Source: Corynebacterium glutamicum ATCC 13032 (GTDB lineage: Bacteria; Actinomycetota; Actinomycetes; Mycobacteriales; Mycobacteriaceae). From it: DNA of 32,000 bases. Positions within the stretch are counted from its first letter, which is position 1, and the number at the start of each line of letters is the position of its first letter. A program made the position numbers and the translations under genes. The notes under the pieces are model-generated. The model was not told the origin of the DNA, did not search any database, and saw only the letters and a program-made list of their open reading frames with translations. Of this stretch, positions 7,687-15,143 are shown in pieces. Location: positions 180,001-212,000 of the forward strand of contig NC_003450.3 of NCBI RefSeq assembly GCF_000011325.1, given 5' to 3'.

Positions 7687-8259
7687 ATGACTCCTGATCT
7701 TGCAGCTTTTCTGGACAAACTTTATGCCGAGGGGCAGGAATTTGATGCAGAGCAACCGGATCGGCTTGATCGCAGGAGAAACCTTGAATCTGAAAGCGCT
7801 GCGCTACTTCGCTCGCTCATCTACGGAATTAGTCCAAAGTCAGTTCTCGAGCTAGGCACATCCAATGGTTACTCGACTATTTGGATGGCAGATGTCGTGA
7901 ATTTAACAACAGTAGACAATGATCCTGAGCGGTCTTTGGATGCTGCAGCAAACCTTCGCGCCGCTGGAGTTGAAGAAAAAGTTCAACGAATCGTCGCCGA
8001 TGGAGCAACCGTACTTGCCGATTCCGCCGATGAACAATGGGATTTCATTTTCCTTGATGCCGAACAATCACTCTATGTAAATTGGTGGCCTGACCTGCAA
8101 TGAGTTCTAGCAAATGGCGGCTTGTTAGTGGTTGACAATGTTCTGTCGCAGGCCGATCAGGTTGTGTCATTCCGAGAACACGTTGATCAAACTGAAGGGC
8201 TCCGATCCCTGGTTCTTCCCATCGGTGCGGGACTTCTCATTATCGCTAAACAAAGCTAG
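7687..8259 (+). pseudogene. Class I SAM-dependent O-methyltransferase (COG4122-like) interrupted by an in-frame TGA at 8101-8103
   Basis: The N-part (138 aa) carries SAM motif I, VLELGTSNGYSTIWMA. The same frame continues after the TGA for 51 codons (VLANGGLLVVDNVLSQADQV...LLIIAKQS, stop TAG 8257-8259). That stretch is the canonical C-terminal half of this family. Confidence 0.7.
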
Positions 8260-8296
8260 GTGACGGTGTCCTGCTGAGCGAGAGAGATTACCCGCG

Positions 8297-8725
8297 CTAG
8301 ACCCTTTCTTCAGCTCTTTTCCACACGCATGCGTAGCGTTCCCGATCTGGCCAACGAGGATCCCGCTCTTTTGGCGAGATAACAAAACCAAGTTTGCGAT
8401 AAAAATCCACCGCGTCATCATCGGTCTCTAAATAAACCTCTGGGAAGCTCGTCGCCACAACGTTTAGAAGCTGGCTTCCTAGGCCCATTCCTTGATGAGA
8501 TTCCAGGACCGCGATGTACTCAATTACCGCCCGAGTTGGTTCATTGAAATAGGACGCAAACGCGATGGGGGAAGCATCCTCAAAGATACCGATGGTGGTC
8601 ATCTGGGAAATCTCATGCGTGATGGTGTGGTCTAATTGTGCTGCAGAATAGCCGGAAGCAAGCCACAAAAGGTGAGCGAACTCAGCGGATTGCATGGCCT
8701 CTGGGCTGAAAATTTCAATTTTCAT
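8297..8725 (-). CDS. GNAT-family N-acetyltransferase (142 aa)
   Basis: The acetyl-CoA binding motif A is present (HQGMGLGSQLLN). Size is typical. It lies 18 nt downstream of the LacI-family gene on the same strand. Confidence 0.85.
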   Translation of the reverse strand: MKIEIFSPEAMQSAEFAHLLWLASGYSAAQLDHTITHEISQMTTIGIFEDASPIAFASYFNEPTRAVIEYIAVLESHQGMGLGSQLLNVVATSFPEVYLETDDDAVDFYRKLGFVISPKERDPRWPDRERYACVWKRAEERV

Positions 8726-8743
8726 TATTGTGCGCCTCTACCT

Positions 8744-9736
8744 TTAAACCTTTGGAGTTGTCCCACGGACAATGAGCTGCCCCGGAATGCTTAAGTGGTT
8801 TTCGGGGAGTGGGGCGGCGTCGAGAAGCGTTAAAACCTGCGTGGCAGCTGCGGCGCCCATGGCTGGGAGGTCTGGTGCGAAAACGGTGATGCCAGGGCCC
8901 CACACTGCGAGCCATTCGGCGACGCCGTAACAAGCAAGTGCCAGGTCATCCGATATTTTTATGCCGTTTTCTTGGGTTGCTTTGAGAACTCCTAGAGTTA
9001 ATTGCGTGCTCAGGGGCACCACGATTTGAGGGAGATCATTGCGGAATTCTGCGAATGCTTCATAACCGCCGGTGGGGGAGTAGCGGGAGTGAACTACCCG
9101 GAATCGTAGTTCTTCGCGGATTCCGCGTTGTGTGGCTTCGGTTTCGAGGGCGTTGATGAATCCGGCTTTGCGGTCTCGGGCGGTGCTGAGCTCAGCAGGA
9201 CCGACAATGATACCTATATCTCGGTATCCCTGATCCAAAATATGAAGAGCAAGTTCCTTCAAACCAGTGGCATCATCGCTGGTCACAGTAGGTCGGTTGA
9301 GATCGCTACGACGATTAAGCTCGACCACTTTGAAGCCCTTTGGAAACTTCGCTTGGGGATTAACTGGAGCGTGCACCACTGCATCTACCTGGCGGTTGAG
9401 CATGGATTCGATAGCTCGACGTTCCTTTTCTGCGTCGTTTCCAGTTGTGGAAACAACTAGTTGGTATCCGGATTTGTCTAATTCATCTTGGAGGACAGTG
9501 GCGGATTCGGTGTAGAACTTATTGATAATGCCGGGAACGATCAGGCCAACGGTGCGGGTCTTGTTTTCCCTAAGTGCACGAGCCATGGCGTTGGTTCGGT
9601 ACCCAAGTTTCTCGGCGGCGGCGAGTACTTTGTCACGGGTTGCTGCATCAACGGAACCTCGTCCAGAAATTGCGCGAGAAGCAGTACCGTAACCTACTCC
9701 AGCTTCACGGGCGGCGTCAGTTAACTTCACATTCAC
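8744..9736 (-). CDS. LacI-family transcriptional regulator (about 330 aa; start uncertain, GTG at 9736 or 9730)
   Basis: The HTH VKLTDAAREAGVGYGTASRAISGRG lies at the extreme N-terminus if GTG 9736 or 9730 is used. The 37 extra residues of the ATG-9847 ORF look non-coding. A sugar-binding-core-like remainder follows. Confidence 0.8.
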   Translation of the reverse strand: MNVKLTDAAREAGVGYGTASRAISGRGSVDAATRDKVLAAAEKLGYRTNAMARALRENKTRTVGLIVPGIINKFYTESATVLQDELDKSGYQLVVSTTGNDAEKERRAIESMLNRQVDAVVHAPVNPQAKFPKGFKVVELNRRSDLNRPTVTSDDATGLKELALHILDQGYRDIGIIVGPAELSTARDRKAGFINALETEATQRGIREELRFRVVHSRYSPTGGYEAFAEFRNDLPQIVVPLSTQLTLGVLKATQENGIKISDDLALACYGVAEWLAVWGPGITVFAPDLPAMGAAAATQVLTLLDAAPLPENHLSIPGQLIVRGTTPKV

Positions 9737-9919
9737 ACCGTTAAGCCTATGCGTTGGGGTAAAAATTATGGCAGATTGGTGCTTAAGTAATGGACTGTTT
9801 TCACCCTTTAAACTTCTAGATTTAAACACGAGGGGTTTCGGTAGCACGGTTTAGTAACTTGTCAAAGGCTTGCAAATACCCACTGCTACTACTCTGATGG
9901 CGATTAAGCGAACTTTACT

Positions 9920-10324
9920 ATGACTCGAAAATTTAGAAGACTCCACGATCTCGGATATTTCATCATTCCGTTTGTTGAATTTTTAAGTATTGCGGCAGGA
10001 TACTTTCTTATTAAAACTGCAGCGGATGAGTTTGGAAAGCTTAATTTTATCGGGACGATTCTCGTAGTCGGAGGGGTCGTTTCCCTGTTTACCGGGTGGC
10101 CACTTCTATTCGCAAGAGTGAATGATTTTAGGTGGGATGCAGTTTACCTTGTGGGTGGAGCGGTATTTTTAGCATTCCTTTTTCTGGGGCCAAAGGAAAT
10201 GACAGTTCTTGGACTGGTGGCGATGTTTGCTGGTCCGGGAATGCTAATAGCAGGGTTTTCATATCTGAGTCGTCGTATTATTGCGTATTTTGTGGAATTG
10301 AGGCGGTTGCAACCTAGTGATTAA
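9920..10324 (+). CDS. Small integral membrane protein (134 aa), hypothetical
   Basis: The ORF has about four hydrophobic helices. I recognise no family. Confidence 0.5.
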   Translation: MTRKFRRLHDLGYFIIPFVEFLSIAAGYFLIKTAADEFGKLNFIGTILVVGGVVSLFTGWPLLFARVNDFRWDAVYLVGGAVFLAFLFLGPKEMTVLGLVAMFAGPGMLIAGFSYLSRRIIAYFVELRRLQPSD

Positions 10325-10613
10325 GAGGCTGTGATCACACCATGGCTTGAAGCAAATGGAGAACAGCTTGAAGCGCCACAAATGCTCATACGGTGTCTGC
10401 AAGAAAGACATTTGTAAAGCTGCTGGTAGCCCAGGTAAAAAATGAAATCACTGCAATGCGTGGATAGTCCTGGGAAATATGCTCACAGTGGCGGTTGAAT
10501 TTAAACAAAAGCGTTGCGCGTGTGGCATTGAAAGCGGTGGAACTACCTATTGGATATGAGTGTGCTTCACTCCCGAATTCGGTGATTTGGAATCCAAACT
10601 TTAAAGAAAAACA

Positions 10614-10655
10614 CCGCTGCCCCTCCACCTGCGCGAAGCAGGGGAGGGGCAGCGG
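10614..10655 (-). terminator. Rho-independent terminator of iolT1
   Basis: An 18-bp GC-rich stem (10614-10632 / 10638-10655) with one bulged A and loop GCGAA. On the minus strand it is followed by TGTTTTTCTTT. It lies 45 nt past the iolT1 stop. Confidence 0.8.
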
Positions 10656-10699
10656 CTGAGAAAAATCTGGAGCGTGTTATCTATGCAGTGTCTGGGTTT

Positions 10700-12175
10700 T
10701 TAGTGCACCTTTCCTTTTCGGATGTCCTTGTTGAAAATGACACCGGAAGTAACATCCTCATCAATCTCCTCCAAGGTACGTCCACGAGTTTCAGGAACCT
10801 GGGTGTAGATGAAGATCAAGGCAACCACACCGATTCCGGCGAACATGAAGAAGGTTCCGGTTAGTCCTACTGCTTCCATGATGGTTGGGAAGAACAATCC
10901 GAGGAACGCGTTTGCGATCCAGAGGAAGAACACTGAGATACCGATTGCGAAACCGCGCATTGCCAGCGGGAAGAGCTCAGAGAGCATAACCCAGGTAGCT
11001 ACGTTGAGGAAGGTCTGCATGGATCCCACGAAGACCACAACCAGAGTCAAGATAACGTAGGGGCGAAGAGGATCGCCGACTGGGAATGCTACGGATGCGA
11101 TACCGATCAATACGTGGCTAATGGTGGTGAGAGAATAACCGGTAATGAGGGTGGTACGGCGGTTGATACGATCCATCATCCACAGTGCGATGAATGCACC
11201 GACAACTGCGATCACTCCTGGCGCCACGTTGGCGATCAGAGCTGCATTCTCGGAGAAACCAGCCTCAATGAGAACAACCTGGCCGTAGTACATGATGGAG
11301 TTGATGCCGGTCAGCTGCTGTGCGACACCCAATCCGATACCTACCAGGAGGATGCGCACAAGCCACTTGCTGGACAAAATTTCCCTTAAGCCCATGGACT
11401 TCTCGGAAACGGCGTGCTCTTCTCTTGCTAGGTGTTCAACATCAGCAACTTCTGCATGGGCACGTTCTAGAGGGCGAATGGTTTCAAGAACTGCGCGAGC
11501 CTCATCAATGCGTCCTCGCTCAACAAGCCAGCGTGGGGATTCTGGAACTCGGAGCATTCCAAAGAAGAGGGCAATTGCTGGGATTGCGGCAATTGCCAGC
11601 ATGTAGCGCCACACACCATCGTGGTGTCCAAAAACATTTCCAATAATCGCATTGATGACAAAAGCTGCGAGCTGACCAACAACAATCATCAACTCATTAC
11701 GGCCAGCCAGTGAGCCACGGATTTCAAAAGGAGCAAGTTCAGCCAGGTAGACAGGGACAACAGTGGAAGCGCCACCAACTGCGAGTCCAAGAAGCACACG
11801 TCCGACAACCATTACTGCAAAAGATGGAGCAAACACGCAGATCATGGTGCCGACAAAGAAAGCTACTGCAAGTGAGATGATTGTTTTCCGGCGACCCCAG
11901 TTGTCGGAAATGCGACCGAAAAACATCGCACCAGCTGCTGCACCAAACAGCAGGGAAGAAGTTACAACACCCTCGGTGAACGCGGTTAGTCCGAGCTCAC
12001 GTGTCATTGGGTTGAGTGCACCGTTGATTACTCCGGTGTCATATCCGAAGAGCAGCCCACCAAACGTCGCAACTAGTGCAACGTAGAATAGCCGCTTTCT
12101 ATACGGACCTTCTGTGAGTGGGGGCAGCTTCTTACTTTTTTCAGGGCTGTCGGCCTGAATGAAGGTACTAGCCAT
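10700..12175 (-). CDS. iolT1: MFS sugar porter, myo-inositol/proton symporter type (491 aa from ATG 12175)
   Basis: Sugar-porter signatures are present: GRISDNWGRRK, PESPRWL, PETRGRTLEEI. AGGAG (reverse complement of 12181-12185) lies upstream of ATG 12175. The N-terminus MASTFIQADSPEKSKK is what I recall for C. glutamicum IolT1. Confidence 0.85.
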   Translation of the reverse strand: MASTFIQADSPEKSKKLPPLTEGPYRKRLFYVALVATFGGLLFGYDTGVINGALNPMTRELGLTAFTEGVVTSSLLFGAAAGAMFFGRISDNWGRRKTIISLAVAFFVGTMICVFAPSFAVMVVGRVLLGLAVGGASTVVPVYLAELAPFEIRGSLAGRNELMIVVGQLAAFVINAIIGNVFGHHDGVWRYMLAIAAIPAIALFFGMLRVPESPRWLVERGRIDEARAVLETIRPLERAHAEVADVEHLAREEHAVSEKSMGLREILSSKWLVRILLVGIGLGVAQQLTGINSIMYYGQVVLIEAGFSENAALIANVAPGVIAVVGAFIALWMMDRINRRTTLITGYSLTTISHVLIGIASVAFPVGDPLRPYVILTLVVVFVGSMQTFLNVATWVMLSELFPLAMRGFAIGISVFFLWIANAFLGLFFPTIMEAVGLTGTFFMFAGIGVVALIFIYTQVPETRGRTLEEIDEDVTSGVIFNKDIRKGKVH

Positions 12176-12838
12176 CTTGTCTCCTAAGTTTGTCGTGCCC
12201 TTACTTGGAGGTGCAGGGTCACGAAACACGATGTAGTAGGCAGTGATTCACATCACCAATGTCTTTAATCGTGGCAGACACGATATGTCCCGTCAATCGT
12301 ACATAACAAACTTTTTTTGAATACTTTTGAGTAATTGGTAATACTTAGGGGTGGGGGTGTCTGCTTGGGTATGGTTTTCCATTCGGGATTTTCAGCAGGG
12401 GTGTGGCTGTTAGCTGCGGTTTGATGCAGGAGTTATGTGGTTAATGTCAGAAACTGCCCCCTCTGGAAATGTTGGAGCATGGGAGTTTCTGGATAAGGGT
12501 GCGGGGGTGGAGGGGGTAGTGATTGGGGCTGTTTGACACCTTTGTTAGGTGACATTGTCACCTCATTCACTGCTTAAAGATCCTAATGTCATTACAAAAA
12601 GCGTGCGAGGAGCGGACATCGGGAATGGTGGGGCGATAATCGCCCGTTTAAGCGGCTCGAGACGTCGATCGACCACTTGTGTCAAAGTGGGCACAAATTG
12701 CCGTCAGGCGGCGCTCTGGAACGTCATCATTTTGGGACTGGTGGGGCGAATGTGAAACCTGGGTGTTTGCTGATCAATTTTTCACCACAGGCGTGAGGTC
12801 TGGCCATAAAGTCGAACGAATTTTTGCATCAAACCCTA

Positions 12839-12864
12839 GGCGGGTTCAGGGGGTGAATGCACCA
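12839..12864 (+). repeat. IS left inverted repeat (IRL): GGCGGGTTCAGGGGGTGAATGCACCA
   Basis: It matches the reverse complement of 14449-14474 (GGCGAATTCAATCGGTGGATGCACCA) at 20 of 26 positions. Confidence 0.75.
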
Positions 12865-14467
12865 CGAGCAACCCGAAGGGTGCGAAGTGGGCATTCGTAG
12901 AACAATCCCAGAGGAAAGCCGTACGGCTTTCCTCGACATGATCAATCAAGGTATGTCAGGTCTTGCTGCGTCTACAGCGGTCGGGGTCAGTGAATTCACC
13001 GGGCGAAAGTGGGCGAAGGCCGCCGGGGTGAAACTGACCCGCGGCCCGCGAGGTGGCAATGCTTTTGACACCGCCGAGAAACTTGAGATTGCAGCCAGCA
13101 TGCTAGAGAAAGGATGCCTACCCCGAGAAATCGGCGAGTATGTCGGCATGACTCGGGCCAATATATCCCTATGGCGCAAACAAGGCCCAGACAAGCTTCG
13201 CCAACGCGCAGCCACCTTGCGCACCGGCAAGCGAGCAGCTGAATTCATCCACGCCCCGGTGATGGGCCCTTATTATGGGCCACGCACACTCCATCAAGTG
13301 TTGCGTGAGGACTACACAACACTGTTTGACGAGTTATCTGCGTTGGGGTTGCCAGCACAGGTGTGTGGGGCCTTACTTCATCTTGCTCCACCACCATCAT
13401 TACGCTTTTCTTATATGTCGTGTGTAGTGCCGTTATTTGCTGATGAAATCAAAGTCGTAGGACAAGGCACACGATTATCGTTAGAAGAGAAAATGATGAT
13501 CCAACGTTTCCATGACACCGGGGTCAGTGCAGCAGAAATCGGTCGACGCCTGGGTCGGTGTCGGCAAACAATTTCCAGGGAACTTCGACGTGGTCAAGAT
13601 GATGATGGACGTTATCGTGCACGCGACTCCTATGAAGGTGCGATCAGGAAACTAGCGCGTCCGAAAACACCGAAACTTGATGCCAATCGTAGGCTTCGGG
13701 CTGTGGTGGTCGAGGCGTTGAATAATAAATTATCTCCGGAGCAGATTTCTGGTCTTTTAGCCACCGAGCATGCTAACGATAGCTCTATGCAGATTAGTCA
13801 TGAAACTATTTACCAGGCGTTATATGTTCAAGGTAAAGGGGCGTTGCGTGATGAATTGAAGGTGGAGAAATTTCTTCGTACCGGTCGGAAGGGACGTAAA
13901 CCGCAGTCGAAGTTGCCATCGAGAGGTAAGCCGTGGGTGGAGGGTGCGTTGATTAGTCAACGCCCAGCAGAAGTTGCTGATCGTGCTGTGCCTGGGCACT
14001 GGGAGGGCGATTTAGTAATTGGTGGTGAAAACCAAGCGACAGCGTTGGTGACGTTGGTGGAGCGCACGAGCCGGTTGACGTTGATTAAGCGGTTGGGGGT
14101 TAATCATGAGGCGTCGACTGTGACGGATGCGTTGGTGGAGATGATGGGTGATTTGCCGCAGGCGTTGCGTCGGAGTTTGACGTGGGATCAGGGTGTGGAG
14201 ATGGCAGAGCATGCGCGGTTTAGCGTGGTGACCAAGTGTCCGGTGTTTTTCTGTGATCCTCATTCGCCGTGGCAGCGTGGGTCGAATGAGAATACGAATG
14301 GATTGGTCAGGGATTTTTTCCCGAAGGGCACTAATTTTGCTAAAGTAAGTGACGAAGAAGTTCAGCGGGCACAGGATCTGCTGAATTACCGGCCGCGGAA
14401 AATGCATGGTTTTAAAAGCGCGACGCAGGTATATGAAAAAATCGTAGTTGGTGCATCCACCGATTGA
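12857..14467 (+). CDS. IS30-family DDE transposase (536 aa from ATG 12857; alternative ATG 13262 gives 401 aa)
   Basis: HTH LSLEEKMMIQRFHDTGVSAAEIGRRLGRCRQTISRELRRG. DDE triad contexts are HWEGDLV, LTWDQGVEM and SPWQRGSNENTNGLVR. The upstream in-frame 135 aa contain two more HTH-like segments. Confidence 0.9.
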   Translation: MHHEQPEGCEVGIRRTIPEESRTAFLDMINQGMSGLAASTAVGVSEFTGRKWAKAAGVKLTRGPRGGNAFDTAEKLEIAASMLEKGCLPREIGEYVGMTRANISLWRKQGPDKLRQRAATLRTGKRAAEFIHAPVMGPYYGPRTLHQVLREDYTTLFDELSALGLPAQVCGALLHLAPPPSLRFSYMSCVVPLFADEIKVVGQGTRLSLEEKMMIQRFHDTGVSAAEIGRRLGRCRQTISRELRRGQDDDGRYRARDSYEGAIRKLARPKTPKLDANRRLRAVVVEALNNKLSPEQISGLLATEHANDSSMQISHETIYQALYVQGKGALRDELKVEKFLRTGRKGRKPQSKLPSRGKPWVEGALISQRPAEVADRAVPGHWEGDLVIGGENQATALVTLVERTSRLTLIKRLGVNHEASTVTDALVEMMGDLPQALRRSLTWDQGVEMAEHARFSVVTKCPVFFCDPHSPWQRGSNENTNGLVRDFFPKGTNFAKVSDEEVQRAQDLLNYRPRKMHGFKSATQVYEKIVVGASTD

Positions 14468-14474
14468 ATTCGCC
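14449..14474 (-). repeat. IS right inverted repeat (IRR)
   Basis: See IRL. The transposase stop codon (14465-14467) lies inside this repeat. Confidence 0.75.
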
Positions 14475-14600
14475 CTAGGTTGGATGCAAAAATCCACCAC
14501 AAACATGTGGTCAGTCCACATGAATTGAACGAATTTTTGCATTTGGAACCGGCATGTCCCGATACCATCAAAAAACCTCACCGCGCACCCAAGAATCTCC

Positions 14601-15038
14601 TTAATGGCCCTCGATTTGGCGTTCCAACTCTTTGATTCGGATCCGCAGGGCCTTTTTCTCATCCCAATTGGCGGTGACATCGCGGAGAAAAGCTGCAACG
14701 CCTTCGATTTTTCCGGAATCGTCCTTCAGGATGGTGATGGAGAATTCCAAAGACATTTTGGATCCATCGGCACGAATGCCTGGAACGTTAAGCGGTTCGG
14801 AGCCATAGCGAGTTTCGCCGGATTCCATGACGCGATCCCATCCGTCCCAGTGGGCCTTGCGGTGTTTTTCGGGAATGATGATGTCGAGTGATTTTCCAAG
14901 GGCTTCGCCGGCCGTGTATCCAAAGAGTTTCTCGGAGCCGCCGTTCCAGAGTCTGATTATTCCATCGCGGGTGGCGTAGATGATTGCTTCTTCTGTTTCG
15001 GTGACAAGTCGGGCTGCGATGGTGTCAAAATCGACCAT
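14601..15038 (-). CDS. Stand-alone PAS-domain protein (145 aa)
   Basis: The PAS core is EEAIIYATRDGIIRLWNGGSEKLFGYTAGEALGKSLDIIIP...GSKMSLEFSITILKDDSGKIEGVAAFLRDVT. A short coiled-coil tail follows. There is no kinase, HTH or other output domain. Confidence 0.8.
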   Translation of the reverse strand: MVDFDTIAARLVTETEEAIIYATRDGIIRLWNGGSEKLFGYTAGEALGKSLDIIIPEKHRKAHWDGWDRVMESGETRYGSEPLNVPGIRADGSKMSLEFSITILKDDSGKIEGVAAFLRDVTANWDEKKALRIRIKELERQIEGH

Positions 15039-15087
15039 TTTTATCTTCTTTCACGGGGTGGATAGGCGAACATCTTCTACCATATCC

Positions 15088-15103
15088 TGTGATGTGTAAC
15101 ACA
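15088..15103. promoter_or_regulatory. CRP/GlxR-like motif TGTGATGTGTAACACA
   Basis: It resembles TGTGA-N6-TCACA with one mismatch in the second half-site. It contains the perfect 11-bp palindrome TGTGTAACACA (15093-15103). It lies in the PAS/gltB divergent intergenic region. Confidence 0.25.
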
Positions 15104-15129
15104 AGAGCGTAATCTGACCTCCCGTTTTC

Positions 15130-15143
15130 CTATAGGTTGATCG
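15130..15143. promoter_or_regulatory. AmtR-box-like motif CTAT-N6-ATCG upstream of gltB
   Basis: ttcCTATaggttgATCGaaa matches the remembered AmtR consensus tttCTAT-N6-AtAG at 7 of 8 core positions. A weaker second copy lies on the other strand at 15199-15212, with flanking bases to 15215 (tttCTATcaatcgTTCG). Confidence 0.35.

Larger units (their letters stand above)
12839..14474 (+). mobile_element. IS30-family insertion sequence (ISCg2-like), 1636 bp, apparently intact
   Basis: It has 26-bp imperfect terminal inverted repeats (20/26). A 3-bp direct duplication CTA lies at 12836-12838 and 14475-14477. A single long DDE transposase ORF spans almost the whole element. Confidence 0.85.

Noticed and set aside
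10356-10628. Two items: an 80-aa minus-strand ORF (10386-10628), and a 29-aa Cys-containing plus-strand mini-ORF (10356-10445, MENSLKRHKCSYGVCKKDICKAAGSPGKK).
   Set aside because: The 80-aa ORF begins inside the iolT1 terminator hairpin and has no RBS. The mini-ORF has no RBS or partner genes, and at this size it is indistinguishable from chance.
12549-12900. Plus-strand ORFs 12549-12755 and 12679-12900 lie upstream of, and run into, the IS.
   Set aside because: One starts inside a perfect palindrome and the other reads across the IS junction. Both are Arg/Gly/Trp-rich with no family resemblance.
12820-14493. My first reading of the IS ends placed them at ATTTTTGCAT (12820) and ATGCAAAAAT (14493), because these form an inverted repeat.
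   Set aside because: No target duplication flanks those ends. Taking 12839-14474 instead gives 26-bp IRs, a clean CTA/CTA 3-bp duplication and a 1636-bp element. The outer inverted repeat is better explained as the palindromic target site.
14012-14698. A 228-aa minus-strand ORF spans the transposase 3' end, the IS boundary and the PAS gene 3' end.
   Set aside because: It crosses a mobile-element junction, is antisense to the transposase, and overlaps the PAS gene in another frame. Its sequence is not protein-like.
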